Shown here piece after piece: positions 18,409 to 28,622 of a stretch of 53,473 nucleotides of DNA (positions are counted from its first letter, which is position 1; every line of letters starts with the position of its first letter). The position numbers and the translations under genes were made by a program. A model generated the notes under the pieces. The model was not told the origin of the DNA. It searched no databases and saw nothing but the letters and a program-made list of their open reading frames with translations. This DNA comes from a virus (Duplodnaviria; Caudoviricetes), in IMG/VR virus record IMGVR_UViG_3300012359_000030, positions 1 through 53,473 of that record, one strand, 5' to 3'.

Positions 18409-18745
18409 TTTTGAACAATTCCTAAATGATTACAAATGGAATCTTGATTCCCCTGAATGGCTATCGCGCGGGATAGTTCAATTATCCGAGATCCTCTATG
18501 ATCTTACGAAAAAACTCCACCAGGCAGAATTCGATGAGAATAGGCTTACTATTCAATATTTAGACAATATTCAAGGCGGCAAGAAAATGGCAGTATCCGA
18601 AGCCGAGAAAAGAGCGTTAGTCGATACAAACAATGCCAAACATTTCCTTGAGAATAGTATCGAGACAATTAAAGAAACGATCAATGCGATCAAAAAAAGA
18701 CTTGATGTCCTGGCGTTTGAGTATCGCAATCAGAGCAGACTATGA
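18395..18745 (+). CDS. Coiled-coil hypothetical protein
   Basis: KMAVSEAEKRA motif, helical. Confidence 0.6.
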   Translation: MQLTDFEQFLNDYKWNLDSPEWLSRGIVQLSEILYDLTKKLHQAEFDENRLTIQYLDNIQGGKKMAVSEAEKRALVDTNNAKHFLENSIETIKETINAIKKRLDVLAFEYRNQSRL

Positions 18746-18975
18746 TGGATGACCCGAATGAAATAGTAACAATGTTGAATATCAGAGGCCGGGTTGTCCG
18801 GGTTCGTCGATGGGAAGTATCTTTGTGCAAGGAACAAGGCATGAAAATAATCGTCAATCCGAAGCGGGAATATTATTACGAATATGATCAGGAGAATCAG
18901 CGGTCAATTCCTGTCACCGATAATATCGCTGAAAATATAGAAGAAGGCTCATTATTAGAAGTAGAAATCTTATGA
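18742..18975 (+). CDS. Hypothetical protein
   Basis: ATGA overlaps on both sides. Confidence 0.6.
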   Translation: MMDDPNEIVTMLNIRGRVVRVRRWEVSLCKEQGMKIIVNPKREYYYEYDQENQRSIPVTDNIAENIEEGSLLEVEIL

Positions 18976-20090
18976 TAGGCGTTAAATACACAGGCACAGC
19001 TTTCGATCATTCAGGCTATGGAGCTGCTAATCGAAATTTTATTTGTTCTTTGACATTCGCGGGTTTAGATATGACTACGGAGATTGTCGCCCAGACTCCC
19101 GAGAAATCAGGATATGGCTGGTCGGAGACTTTGATAGAAGATCTCACAGGCCGGCAAATTGATTACAGGATAAAAATCATCCATCTCACTCCTGATCTCT
19201 ATCCGGCATATAGGGAGCCAGGCAAATATCATATCGGTCATCTCTTTTGGGAGACAGATAGATTGCCGAAACAATGGATAGCTCCCTGTAACCAAATGAA
19301 TGAGATTTGGACTGCTTCAGAGCAACAAGCCGATATGATTAAAAAATCAGGTGTTACCATTCCTATCCATTGGTTTCCCCAGCCTATTGATACGATGAAA
19401 TCCGGGAAGATCATAGCCCCATTTGTTATCCCGAATTTTGACGGATTTCTCTTCTATAGTGTCTTTCAGTGGATTGAGCGCAAGAACCCGAAGGCTCTTC
19501 TTCAGACATATTGGAAGACCTTCTCTGGCAAGCAGGATGTCGCTCTGCTGCTCAAGACCTACCGGGTAACATATGGAGATAATGAATTTCAGAAAATCAA
19601 AGAAGATATTAGAGCATGGCAGGCGGAATTAAATCTTCCTCATTATCCGAAAGTCTTTTTAGTCAAGAAACTTATGGATATGGATTCTGTCTTTCGTATT
19701 CATCTCACAGGTGATTGTTTCATCAATACTTCGCGCGGTGAGGGATGGAATATCCCATCAACAGAGGCAATGTTAATGGGAAAACCGATCATATCTATCA
19801 ACAAGACAGGCATAGCAGATTATTTACCCAAAGATGACTATTATCCTTGTGATACCAAGGAATCTCAAGTTACAGAAGTTTCTTATATTCCCTGGTATAC
19901 CAGAGATCAGAAATGGCTTGACATCAACGAACGCGAATTAAGCGATCACATGCTTTCAATCTATAACGACAGATTGCTTGCGAAGAACAAAGGCTTACAA
20001 GCACAGAAATTTGTGAAAGAAAATTTTAATTATCACATTGTAGGAATGAGCATGAAAAAGAGGTTGGGAGAGATAGATAAATTTTTATAA
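18972..20090 (+). CDS. Glycosyltransferase family 4 (GT-B)
   Basis: SGYG, FWETDRLP, WIERKNP, SRGEGWNIPSTEAMLMGKPII. Confidence 0.92.
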   Translation: MIGVKYTGTAFDHSGYGAANRNFICSLTFAGLDMTTEIVAQTPEKSGYGWSETLIEDLTGRQIDYRIKIIHLTPDLYPAYREPGKYHIGHLFWETDRLPKQWIAPCNQMNEIWTASEQQADMIKKSGVTIPIHWFPQPIDTMKSGKIIAPFVIPNFDGFLFYSVFQWIERKNPKALLQTYWKTFSGKQDVALLLKTYRVTYGDNEFQKIKEDIRAWQAELNLPHYPKVFLVKKLMDMDSVFRIHLTGDCFINTSRGEGWNIPSTEAMLMGKPIISINKTGIADYLPKDDYYPCDTKESQVTEVSYIPWYTRDQKWLDINERELSDHMLSIYNDRLLAKNKGLQAQKFVKENFNYHIVGMSMKKRLGEIDKFL

Positions 20091-20092
20091 AT

Positions 20093-20743
20093 ATGACAAA
20101 GAGTAAGAATACTACAAGCATTATTCGAATTAAGCCTTTAAGAGCAGTATATTATGAGGTCACTATTATGGGGATAACACCATTATATCTAGGACCAATG
20201 ACTGAATATGCTGTTGATCAAGTTCAAGGCACACGTGAGGGAGCAATAGGACCAAAGCAAAAACCTCTGACGATGGAACAGCAATTAGCAGTGGGGAAAT
20301 ATATTGGATATGACGATCAGGGCAATGAGTTCGATGGATATCCTACAAAAAACATTAAATCATGTATTAGGGATGCCGCAATTGGTAAAGAATGGTGGGA
20401 TAAAAAAATAGATAAGAAGCGATTTAATGCGGCATTTGAGATATTGGGAGATATCTTGCACATGGACGGCGAATGTGTGCCATCAAAAGATTGGGTAATG
20501 ATGGGCGCAGGACGAAGTAGTAAACCATTTCCGGCATGGACATATAGATGGAAATATAAAAAAGACTGGAAGACTACTTTTATTATTAGGATACTCCCGA
20601 CATTAATAACAGAGGATAGTATATTCACTATTATGAATACAGCAGGTGAATATATTGGAACAGGAGCTTGGAGAGCCGATAAACATGGTCGATTCAAAAT
20701 TATTAATACAAAAAAGATATCGAAACCTGAGTTTGATCTATGA
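20093..20743 (+). CDS. Stand-alone Cas7/RAMP-like (RRM fold) protein
   Basis: N-terminal strand EVTIMGITPL, PTKNIKSCIRDAA helix, WKTTFIIRI strand and C-terminal Gly-rich loop AGEYIGTGAWR...HGRFKI. Confidence 0.7.
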   Translation: MTKSKNTTSIIRIKPLRAVYYEVTIMGITPLYLGPMTEYAVDQVQGTREGAIGPKQKPLTMEQQLAVGKYIGYDDQGNEFDGYPTKNIKSCIRDAAIGKEWWDKKIDKKRFNAAFEILGDILHMDGECVPSKDWVMMGAGRSSKPFPAWTYRWKYKKDWKTTFIIRILPTLITEDSIFTIMNTAGEYIGTGAWRADKHGRFKIINTKKISKPEFDL

Positions 20744-21240
20744 AGAAAATAGCAAAACATATATATCATGCCAAGAACAGGCTCTCCGGTAAAGACGCAC
20801 AGATAATCGGAGAATATTTAGCAACGGAAAAAATAACTAAAGCTCGCGAGCTATATGAACGAGCCAAAGCAGAAGATCATTTTCTTCATAATAAATATTT
20901 TGTTTGGGATAAAGATAAAGCAACAGAACTTTATAATATTCATATAGCCAGAAATATAATTAATGATATCGGAGTAGAAATTGTTTATGAAGATGGTGAG
21001 ACAATTATGCTTCCTGAAGCATATCCCAATGTTAAAGAAAAAGATGTTGAAGTAGGCAATTATTTACCTGTAATGGAAGTCATGAACAATGAGAAACATC
21101 GGGATTATGTTATTAAAGTTGCATTTAATGAAATGAAGATAGCATCAGAAAAATATAATTCTTATATAGAATTTAGCAAGATTCAGTTAGCCATCAAAGA
21201 CGTAGAGGAAGATCTAAAAAATAGATCTATTCTTCAATAA
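20740..21240 (+). CDS. Partner protein of the RAMP-like gene
   Basis: HFLHNKYFVWDKDKATELYNIHIARNII (LH..F.WD..KA.E.Y....AR.II phage family); ATGA-coupled to the RAMP gene. Confidence 0.7.
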   Translation: MKKIAKHIYHAKNRLSGKDAQIIGEYLATEKITKARELYERAKAEDHFLHNKYFVWDKDKATELYNIHIARNIINDIGVEIVYEDGETIMLPEAYPNVKEKDVEVGNYLPVMEVMNNEKHRDYVIKVAFNEMKIASEKYNSYIEFSKIQLAIKDVEEDLKNRSILQ

Positions 21241-21263
21241 ATACCCATTTGATGTGAATACTC

Positions 21264-21343
21264 AGCGCAGCAAAGCAAAGCTTAGCCAAGCGGAGCAGAG
21301 CGAAGCTTAGCAGAGCACAACTTAGCAGAGCGCAGCGAAGCAT
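21264..21343 (+). repeat. Tandem pentamer array (AGC-NN)x16, candidate guide ncRNA
   Basis: 15 AGC plus 1 AAC units at strict 5-bp period; NN = GC AA AA TT CA GG AG GA TT AG AC TT AG GC GA AT. Confidence 0.9.
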
Positions 21344-21389
21344 GACACTGACTGGGATGCGCATAGGATAAACGCATAAATATAAAAAT

Positions 21390-21587
21390 ATGGGAAAAAC
21401 ACAGGAAGATACAATGGACAAATTACTCGTACACTTTGCACAGAGCAAAGCATATATGGATGAGCATGGTAAAGATAGTTTGGCCTGGAGATTAAAATCG
21501 GGAAAATTAACTGAAGAAGACAATATGTGTTTGAAATGGGCGCTTGAGGTTTTACAAAAGTTGCCACTTTTTATAGGAGAATCATGA
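21390..21587 (+). CDS. Hypothetical protein
   Basis: Co-oriented ORF. Confidence 0.5.
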   Translation: MGKTQEDTMDKLLVHFAQSKAYMDEHGKDSLAWRLKSGKLTEEDNMCLKWALEVLQKLPLFIGES

Positions 21588-21740
21588 AAAACAAAAAATA
21601 CAAATATATCAACATAACATTAGCATTATTAAGCTATTTTGTTCCCGGTTTTTTCTTTATCGGTATTAATAGTTTTGGTGCATTATTATGGTTCCTTTTT
21701 GGATGGATAGTTCCATTATTTGTTCTATTCTATTTGGATT

Positions 21741-22199
21741 ATGAGTAAAAAAAAGCAAACTGAAATACAATTAGTCGATCCCAAAGCCATTGTCGCGACG
21801 ATGGAGGAGAAGATGCCCGAATGGGTAAAGGAGTTGCATTCGAAAGAAGACATGGGGAATGCTATCTATGCGACAGGCACAGAACTCCTCGTCGCCATAG
21901 ATGATATTCTCCTTCGTTATTTCAGCTTTGATGAGGAGTCCATCAAAGAATTTCATGTTCATCTCAAAGATATCCTTCAGGGAGTGAAAGAGTTTGAGGA
22001 ACATGGACTTTCGATTATGACTCCGCATTCTATGGATGTTCTCGGAGAGAAGATTGGAGAAGTCGGTATCGGAGGTTTACTAGCAGAGATCGCGAATACG
22101 AGATTATTGAAAGAAAGAATGGGTCGTGCCGGACTGGAATACCCTGTTTCCCTCGCAGCAACACCATTTATCAGGAAATTGAAGCAAAAGAACAAATGA
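21741..22199 (+). CDS. Hypothetical protein
   Basis: ORF; ATG start MSKKKQ. Confidence 0.65.
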   Translation: MSKKKQTEIQLVDPKAIVATMEEKMPEWVKELHSKEDMGNAIYATGTELLVAIDDILLRYFSFDEESIKEFHVHLKDILQGVKEFEEHGLSIMTPHSMDVLGEKIGEVGIGGLLAEIANTRLLKERMGRAGLEYPVSLAATPFIRKLKQKNK

Positions 22200-22435
22200 C
22201 CGAAAGCAGGCTAAAGACATGGACTCAAGAACAATGGAACTTAGCAGCGTGGGCTATCTGGAGATCTATAACAAAAAAATATGGAAATGACAGCTATCCG
22301 AAAGAAAAAGTTCTTGAATGGTATCTTGATTATTATAAATGGCTAAAAGAATTTGATTCATATGGGGGATCATTATCAGATTTACGTAATGTCGCACGGA
22401 GAAAGATTAAGGAATTCGAAGAAAAGAATATATGA
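22196..22435 (+). CDS. Hypothetical protein
   Basis: ATGA-coupled. Confidence 0.55.
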   Translation: MTESRLKTWTQEQWNLAAWAIWRSITKKYGNDSYPKEKVLEWYLDYYKWLKEFDSYGGSLSDLRNVARRKIKEFEEKNI

Positions 22436-22668
22436 AATTCAGAGAAGCAATTATCGTCGATAAGGGATGGAATGAACTTTACCTTGACCCGGATTTCACG
22501 CGGACTTTTCCTTCAGACCCGGAAGCATGGGTCAAATTTTACAAGCAAGGAGAATATCATGGTAAACCCGTCTTCCTATTGCCTCAAGATATGAGCAAAC
22601 ACAAAGAAGCAGCAACCAACTGGCAAAAAGGTGCGACCGAATATATAGAGAAACAAAAAAACAAATGA
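22432..22668 (+). CDS. Hypothetical protein
   Basis: ATGA-coupled. Confidence 0.55.
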   Translation: MKFREAIIVDKGWNELYLDPDFTRTFPSDPEAWVKFYKQGEYHGKPVFLLPQDMSKHKEAATNWQKGATEYIEKQKNK

Positions 22669-22804
22669 AAAGATTTTGGATTACTTTTGAACTTATCACA
22701 ATGCTCGGCAGATATTACGCCCTATGGATTCATAATTGGGAACTTATCCTAGTTTGCTTTATCCCGATGATACTCAATGTAGTATACGATTTGAATATAT
22801 ATAA

Positions 22805-23866
22805 ATGAATATTTTATATTACTCAACCCATGAAATTCTCGAATACGACGAAGTAAAACTCTTCACTGAGATGGGACACAATGTCTTCAGTCTCGGAGCC
22901 TATCAGATATCGAAATCAGGTACAGGTATGCGTGGTGAAATTCCAAATCTCTATCAGAATTCTCATATAACCGGAGTAAGTCTCCAATGCTCCAAGGAGA
23001 ATACTCATGAAGAGCTTATCGGCTGGGCTGATGTAATTATCCTCATGCACAACGCCCGTGTCAGTGTCATGGATCACCCGCAACCATGGCTCAAAGGTAA
23101 TTGGGAGAAATTCAAAGCCAGCAAAAAGCCTATTATCTGGCGTTCTATCGGACAAAGTAACAAACAAATAGAAACATCTCTCAAAGAATTCCGCAAAGAT
23201 GGCTTAAAAATAATCCGATATTCTCCCAGAGAAGAAACTATTCCCGATTATCAAGGATCAGATGCCATGATCCGGTTCTATAAAGATCCTGAAGAATACA
23301 AAGATTACAATGGTCAGGGCAGAAGAGTTGTAAATATCTCTCAGGCTTTATTCGGAAATGAAACCGTCCGTTCCCGAGGAGATCATATGAATAAAGACCT
23401 GTTCGACAAAGTAGTTGAAGGTTTTGACTGGAAAGTCTTCGGACCTGACAATGAAAACGCCGGAGAACACAATGGCGGTCTTCTCTCTTTCGAAGACCTG
23501 AAGCAAATGATGCGATTCAACCGTGCCTATTTCTATACCGGCACACGCCCCGCCGGATATACATTAGGTTTCATCGAGGCTATGATGACTGGAATTCCCA
23601 TTGTTTCTATCGTCCCCGATCATGGGAATGTAATCTATGATGACCAAAAAACTTTTGAAGCTCATGAATTACTTGGCTCGGAAGATGGTTCCGAGGGAGG
23701 TTTCTGGTCAGACAATATTCAAGAACTCCGTGATTATCTTAACATTCTTCTGAAAGACCCAAATCTTGCCATATCAGTCGGACAACGAGGCAGGGCGAGA
23801 GCGATTAATCTCTTCGGGAAAGAAAAAATCAGAAAAGAATGGGATATATTTTTTAATTCATTATGA
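22805..23866 (+). CDS. Glycosyltransferase (GT-B fold)
   Basis: TLGFIEAMMTGIPIVS; C-terminal GQRGRARAINLF. Confidence 0.8.
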   Translation: MNILYYSTHEILEYDEVKLFTEMGHNVFSLGAYQISKSGTGMRGEIPNLYQNSHITGVSLQCSKENTHEELIGWADVIILMHNARVSVMDHPQPWLKGNWEKFKASKKPIIWRSIGQSNKQIETSLKEFRKDGLKIIRYSPREETIPDYQGSDAMIRFYKDPEEYKDYNGQGRRVVNISQALFGNETVRSRGDHMNKDLFDKVVEGFDWKVFGPDNENAGEHNGGLLSFEDLKQMMRFNRAYFYTGTRPAGYTLGFIEAMMTGIPIVSIVPDHGNVIYDDQKTFEAHELLGSEDGSEGGFWSDNIQELRDYLNILLKDPNLAISVGQRGRARAINLFGKEKIRKEWDIFFNSL

Positions 23867-24026
23867 CGTTATTACAAGTGTTTACGGCAATCTGGTTTGG
23901 ATTTAACATTGCGATCATGCTATTTTCTCTCGGTCAGAGATATCCGGGATATATATTTGATCTGAATTCTCTTACTTTAGGCATTATGATTCTCACAATA
24001 ACCTGGCTACTAGGTTTTGCATCACG

Positions 24027-24680
24027 ATGAAAACAATCACCGAACAATTATTCGAGTTAGGCAAAGGAATTATCGAACAACATATTGAAGTATCCGATCA
24101 TACGGGTAAGTTTTCCATGGCTGATGATGGCGGTGTTGAGACTGAAACAGGTGAACTATTATATGCTCTTACCCGGATCATCAAGCCGGAGCTTGTATTG
24201 GAGACAGGCACATATACAGGAATCTCTGCTATGTATATGGCTGCCGGATTACAACATAATAACATAGGACATTTGTTCACGCTCGAAACTTCCGCTATTC
24301 ACAAAGAACGAGCTGAAAGATTATGGCAGCAAGTTGGTATTTCTCCGCAAGTTACCTGTCAACAGATAGCAAGTCTTGACTATCAGACTGACAAACAGTA
24401 TGACCTTATTTTCTTAGATTCCGAACCTGAATTCAGATTCAAGGAATTAGTGAAGTTCTACCCGAATCTCAAGCCCGGTGGCTTTCTTCTTATTCACGAT
24501 CTCCATCATCATTTATCTCAGCATGACAATAAAGACTTAGGATTTGGCTGGCCGTTCGGAGAATTGCCTATGCAGATTAAAAACTGGCTTCGGGAAGACA
24601 AATTACGTTTTGTACCCTTCCCAACTCCGCGCGGACTTGCTATGTTTTATAAAACAAAACCCGAAGATTATACACCATGA
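24027..24680 (+). CDS. Class I SAM methyltransferase (Methyltransf_24-like)
   Basis: VLETGTYTGIS, YDLIFLDS, LKPGGFLLIHD. Confidence 0.88.
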   Translation: MKTITEQLFELGKGIIEQHIEVSDHTGKFSMADDGGVETETGELLYALTRIIKPELVLETGTYTGISAMYMAAGLQHNNIGHLFTLETSAIHKERAERLWQQVGISPQVTCQQIASLDYQTDKQYDLIFLDSEPEFRFKELVKFYPNLKPGGFLLIHDLHHHLSQHDNKDLGFGWPFGELPMQIKNWLREDKLRFVPFPTPRGLAMFYKTKPEDYTP

Positions 24681-25195
24681 GAAATTTCGACATAATAACA
24701 GCACAAAGCAGAGCCAGTATCGAGAAAGAGGACTTAAAGGTGCTTCTTCCGCTTATTGCGGCGATAAAACCCGAAAAGATTATCGAAATAGGAATGCATC
24801 AGGGATATTCTATGGAAATTTGGAGAAAAGCATTTAACCCGAAACTTCTTTTAGGAATAGAAATTAATTCCCCTACCCCATCATCTTATATCAATGAAGA
24901 ATTTATGTTTTGGGATATAAATTCTCATACATTCGCAAATGAAATAACTGGAAAGAATTTATATGACTTTCTATTTATTGATGGCGACCATTCTTATGCA
25001 GGAGTGAAGGATGATTTTGAAAAATATTCCCATTTTGTACGAACAGGCGGGATTATCGCTCTCCATGATGTGTGCTATCATGCTGAAAAAACTGAAGAAG
25101 TGGATATTCTCTGGCAGGAGATCAAGAAATTATATCCCTATATCGAAATAAAAGTCGGGAAGAATTCAACAGGAATAGGAGTAATATTTGTATGA
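24677..25195 (+). CDS. Class I SAM methyltransferase (Methyltransf_24)
   Basis: IEIGMHQGYS, DFLFIDGDHSYAGVKDD, GGIIALHD. Confidence 0.9.
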   Translation: MRNFDIITAQSRASIEKEDLKVLLPLIAAIKPEKIIEIGMHQGYSMEIWRKAFNPKLLLGIEINSPTPSSYINEEFMFWDINSHTFANEITGKNLYDFLFIDGDHSYAGVKDDFEKYSHFVRTGGIIALHDVCYHAEKTEEVDILWQEIKKLYPYIEIKVGKNSTGIGVIFV

Positions 25196-26280
25196 AAATT
25201 TTAATTACCGGAGCAGTTGGTCATATCGGAACTAATATAACTATCGAAGCTATCAAGCGGGGACATAGCATTGTTGCTATGGACAATCTTCACCGGGAAG
25301 AAGTCATCAATAATTTGAAATATCTTCAAAAAGAATATTTCTCAGATCAATTCAAGTTCATCTGGGGGGATGTTAGAAATATAGACGATTTCGATAGAAT
25401 ACCCGATGTTGACGGGGTTATTCATCTTGCAGCAAATCCGGGAGTCCCGTGGTCTATCGAATGGCCTACCTATGATTTCGATACCAATGCCCGCGGCACT
25501 CTCAACGCGTTAGAATTCGCCCGGAAGATGGGTAATATTCCCTTCGTCTATGCAAGTACGAATAAAACCTTCTCCGATATTATCAATATCCTTCCGATGA
25601 TCGAGACAGATACCAGATATAAATGGAAGCCAGCCTGGGGATTGGGACTTGAAGATATCATTGCAGGAATTGATTATCGTACCGAAGATGTCATTCCTAC
25701 TGCTATAAATGAGAAATTCCCGATAACAGGATTCGGCAAATATGGTCATTCGATGTACGGGATTTCCAAATTAACAGGTGATTTATATTGTCAGGAATAC
25801 CACGTCCAATATGGCTTACCCATTGTTATCAATAAAATGAGTTGTATCTATGGTCTTTTTCAGAAAGGATGTCCCGATCAGGGATGGGTATCCTCGTTCC
25901 TGTTAGATGTCGGATTCAGGGATAAGCCTATTACATTCTACGGCAATGGCAAACAAGTACGGGATATTCTCGACGCGAGAGATGTTGCCCGATTATATAT
26001 TGACGAACTGGAAGGAATAGATAAATGCAACGGTGAGATCTTCACTGTCGGAGGTGGACCGGAGAATACGAAGTCACTTATCGAAACAATTCAGGAAATC
26101 GAAACGCAAACCGGGAAGAAAGCCGATATCCGTTATGGTCCGAAGAGAGATGCAGATCAGGACATTTATATCAGTTCCCTTAAACGAGTGACGAGAATCA
26201 TGGGTTGGACTCCTACTATTCCTTTTGAAACTACGATTAAGGATATGATCGAAGAATATTCTCATGCACAAACCATCTAG
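25192..26280 (+). CDS. NAD-dependent epimerase/dehydratase (CDP-paratose 2-epimerase-like)
   Basis: ITGAVGHIG, ASTNK, YGISK, MSCIYG, DQGWV, GNGKQVRDIL. Confidence 0.9.
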   Translation: MKILITGAVGHIGTNITIEAIKRGHSIVAMDNLHREEVINNLKYLQKEYFSDQFKFIWGDVRNIDDFDRIPDVDGVIHLAANPGVPWSIEWPTYDFDTNARGTLNALEFARKMGNIPFVYASTNKTFSDIINILPMIETDTRYKWKPAWGLGLEDIIAGIDYRTEDVIPTAINEKFPITGFGKYGHSMYGISKLTGDLYCQEYHVQYGLPIVINKMSCIYGLFQKGCPDQGWVSSFLLDVGFRDKPITFYGNGKQVRDILDARDVARLYIDELEGIDKCNGEIFTVGGGPENTKSLIETIQEIETQTGKKADIRYGPKRDADQDIYISSLKRVTRIMGWTPTIPFETTIKDMIEEYSHAQTI

Positions 26281-27151
26281 AGCCATATGTGTTGCGTTCC
26301 ATAAATATACTCCCTTCGGAGGAGAGTTTTATGAACCCTTACTCGACTTCTTTCTCCAGAATATGAGGAAATACAAAGACGAATATGACAAGCTCTATTT
26401 AATAGATAGCACCTGGAATATTGATCCCGACAAACTGGAAGGCTTAAATGTAGAGATTATCAAAGTGAATCCTCATCTACGCTATTATGATGCTTATAAG
26501 AATGTATTACCCCAAATCAAGGAATTATTGGTACTTTTCGTAGACAACGATATGGTCATATATAGAGAAGGTTTAATTAATTCTACGTTCGAGAAATTTA
26601 ATCAAGGCTATGATATTGTCTCGATCTACGACACCATCGGAGAAAAAACATTTCCACAACTCAATAATCAGTCTAAATTCTGCCCATATTGGTTTGCTAC
26701 AGGCACGACTATATTAAAAGATTTCACTTCATGTGAATGGGGTCCGAATATGCCCCATTATGAAACTTTAGGAGAGCTTACGGAAAAAATGCTGGAAGAT
26801 GAGATGAAGCCTTTTGAATTCGAGGAAGATAAAAGTAATTGTCTCTTTGATCGAACACAGGATGGAGAGAAATCAAAAGATCTAGGTTATTATCATGTAC
26901 GTGCGGGCAGTACAGCTGCCTATCTCTTAGCAACACAAAAATATGGCAATATTGATACATACAATGAATATATTAAGAACCAGCCGCGCAATGAATATCT
27001 CAGGCATTTCGCCTGGTATAGAATCATGTGTGAATATACTAATGCTCCGGGTATAAGCATGAACGAATCAAAATTCTTGAGAGTTCTCGGTATCAATATG
27101 CAGGATTGGGATGATTATATAAAAAGATTCAAATATTATCATGGCCTATGA
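26264..27151 (+). CDS. Putative GT-A glycosyltransferase
   Basis: VLFVDND (DxD); shares YYHVRAGS...E..R pattern with neighbours. Confidence 0.6.
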   Translation: MHKPSRAICVAFHKYTPFGGEFYEPLLDFFLQNMRKYKDEYDKLYLIDSTWNIDPDKLEGLNVEIIKVNPHLRYYDAYKNVLPQIKELLVLFVDNDMVIYREGLINSTFEKFNQGYDIVSIYDTIGEKTFPQLNNQSKFCPYWFATGTTILKDFTSCEWGPNMPHYETLGELTEKMLEDEMKPFEFEEDKSNCLFDRTQDGEKSKDLGYYHVRAGSTAAYLLATQKYGNIDTYNEYIKNQPRNEYLRHFAWYRIMCEYTNAPGISMNESKFLRVLGINMQDWDDYIKRFKYYHGL

Positions 27152-27345
27152 AGAAAACCATTGCAGAACTCATCGATGAATTAAGTATTGTAAATATCAA
27201 GATCTTTATGCTTATCGAAAAAGTACAGAATCATACCGCAACTCTTGAAGAGGCAGGAAAAGTCCAGAAGCTCAATCTCCAGAGAAGTAAATTAATGAAC
27301 GCTATATCAGATGAATTTAATCAGGAAGGGAGAGTAAAAATATGA
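27148..27345 (+). CDS. Small coiled-coil protein (DUF6165-like)
   Basis: TIAELIDELSIVNIKI...LNLQRSKLMNAI. Confidence 0.65.
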   Translation: MKKTIAELIDELSIVNIKIFMLIEKVQNHTATLEEAGKVQKLNLQRSKLMNAISDEFNQEGRVKI

Positions 27346-28325
27346 CCCGGGCAGCATTTTTATCATCAGGCGGAGATCCATTTATCAGTTTACTCGTTTT
27401 GAAGCTCTTTCAAGAGAGGTGGTATAACGAAGTGGATAAGCTCTATATTGATTACAATAATCATTCCGGCGTTCCCTTAGAAGTCGCTCAGGAATTTGTC
27501 AAACGTGCTATGGAAGAGCCGAAAGTCCATCTCATTTATCATAACCGCGGGATCGGAAATGGTATGCCTATCACTGAAATGACGAAGATTTCTCAGGAAG
27601 ATTTAGTAATGTTATTAGAAGATGATGGATTTATCTTCGAGCCGGGGATTGTTGATTCCTGTTTCCAGAAGATCGAATCAGACATGACAGATATCGTCGG
27701 TTCGCCCAGAGGTAGCTGCGGACCCGAAATATGGGAAAGAAGCAGGGGAAAATATGCACTCGACTATTCAGGCTATGGAGATGTTGGCCCTAACTGGTGG
27801 CCTAATTTCTTCTTTTGTAAGCGCAAAGATTTATTACGAACCGATTTCAATTTTGCCAGTATTACTTTCCATGCCGATGAATATTGCAAAGAATTAGACT
27901 ATACCTTCAAGGATATTAATCACGGAGATACATTCGTCTGGGCGTGTATGCAGCTCAGAGCTTTGGGTCTACGATCACAATCTATTCCTCAACACCATGC
28001 TTCACCATATGAAATAGATGATTATAATAATCACACAATGAACTGGATTGGCGATAAACCGAAATGGATTCATGGCGGCTCACTTTCTACCGGATGGGGA
28101 GGCTATCTATCTAATATAGTCCCCGATGTGAGCAATGAAAGTGCATTACTGGAAACAGAGACACGAGCCGCTTTCTGGACTATCGCTTCATCTATAATAG
28201 AAGGCTTCACCGATTTCAAATATCAATACCAGAAAGGCATCGAAAGCCTCATCGCCAATGCAGGCTTAGATAGGGATCGCATTGGCAAAAAAGTCGGGAT
28301 ATATAGAGCATTAATGAGAATATGA
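27342..28325 (+). CDS. Putative GT-A glycosyltransferase
   Basis: LLEDDGFIF; paralog of 28623-29633. Confidence 0.65.
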   Translation: MTRAAFLSSGGDPFISLLVLKLFQERWYNEVDKLYIDYNNHSGVPLEVAQEFVKRAMEEPKVHLIYHNRGIGNGMPITEMTKISQEDLVMLLEDDGFIFEPGIVDSCFQKIESDMTDIVGSPRGSCGPEIWERSRGKYALDYSGYGDVGPNWWPNFFFCKRKDLLRTDFNFASITFHADEYCKELDYTFKDINHGDTFVWACMQLRALGLRSQSIPQHHASPYEIDDYNNHTMNWIGDKPKWIHGGSLSTGWGGYLSNIVPDVSNESALLETETRAAFWTIASSIIEGFTDFKYQYQKGIESLIANAGLDRDRIGKKVGIYRALMRI

Positions 28326-28618
28326 AACCTAGCTTAACAGAAATAATTATTTTTCATTTTACCCAAACACCAGCAAATTGGCTTATTATATCGGATTTGA
28401 TAAATGATCTCCCGTCAGGCAGCTATAAGCAAAACATATATGAGAAATATAAAGCTAAAAAAATTACCAAACTAAAAAAATATTTTCTAGAGATTATTAA
28501 GTTATATGATAAACATGAACAAAAAGATTTTATTGAAGAATTTCTGATTATTGCAATGAATAATTATATTAATTGGGAGAAAGTATTTTTATCTATCATA
28601 GCGAAAAAAAAGAATTAA
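28322..28618 (+). CDS. Hypothetical protein (AT-rich insert)
   Basis: ORF between GT paralogs. Confidence 0.45.
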   Translation: MKPSLTEIIIFHFTQTPANWLIISDLINDLPSGSYKQNIYEKYKAKKITKLKKYFLEIIKLYDKHEQKDFIEEFLIIAMNNYINWEKVFLSIIAKKKN

Positions 28619-28622
28619 ATAT

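Noticed and set aside
21227-21567. Minus-strand ORFs 21227-21523 and 21322-21567 with ALLS/ALL repeats
   Set aside because: Antisense to the operon; the low-complexity peptide is just the translated pentamer array
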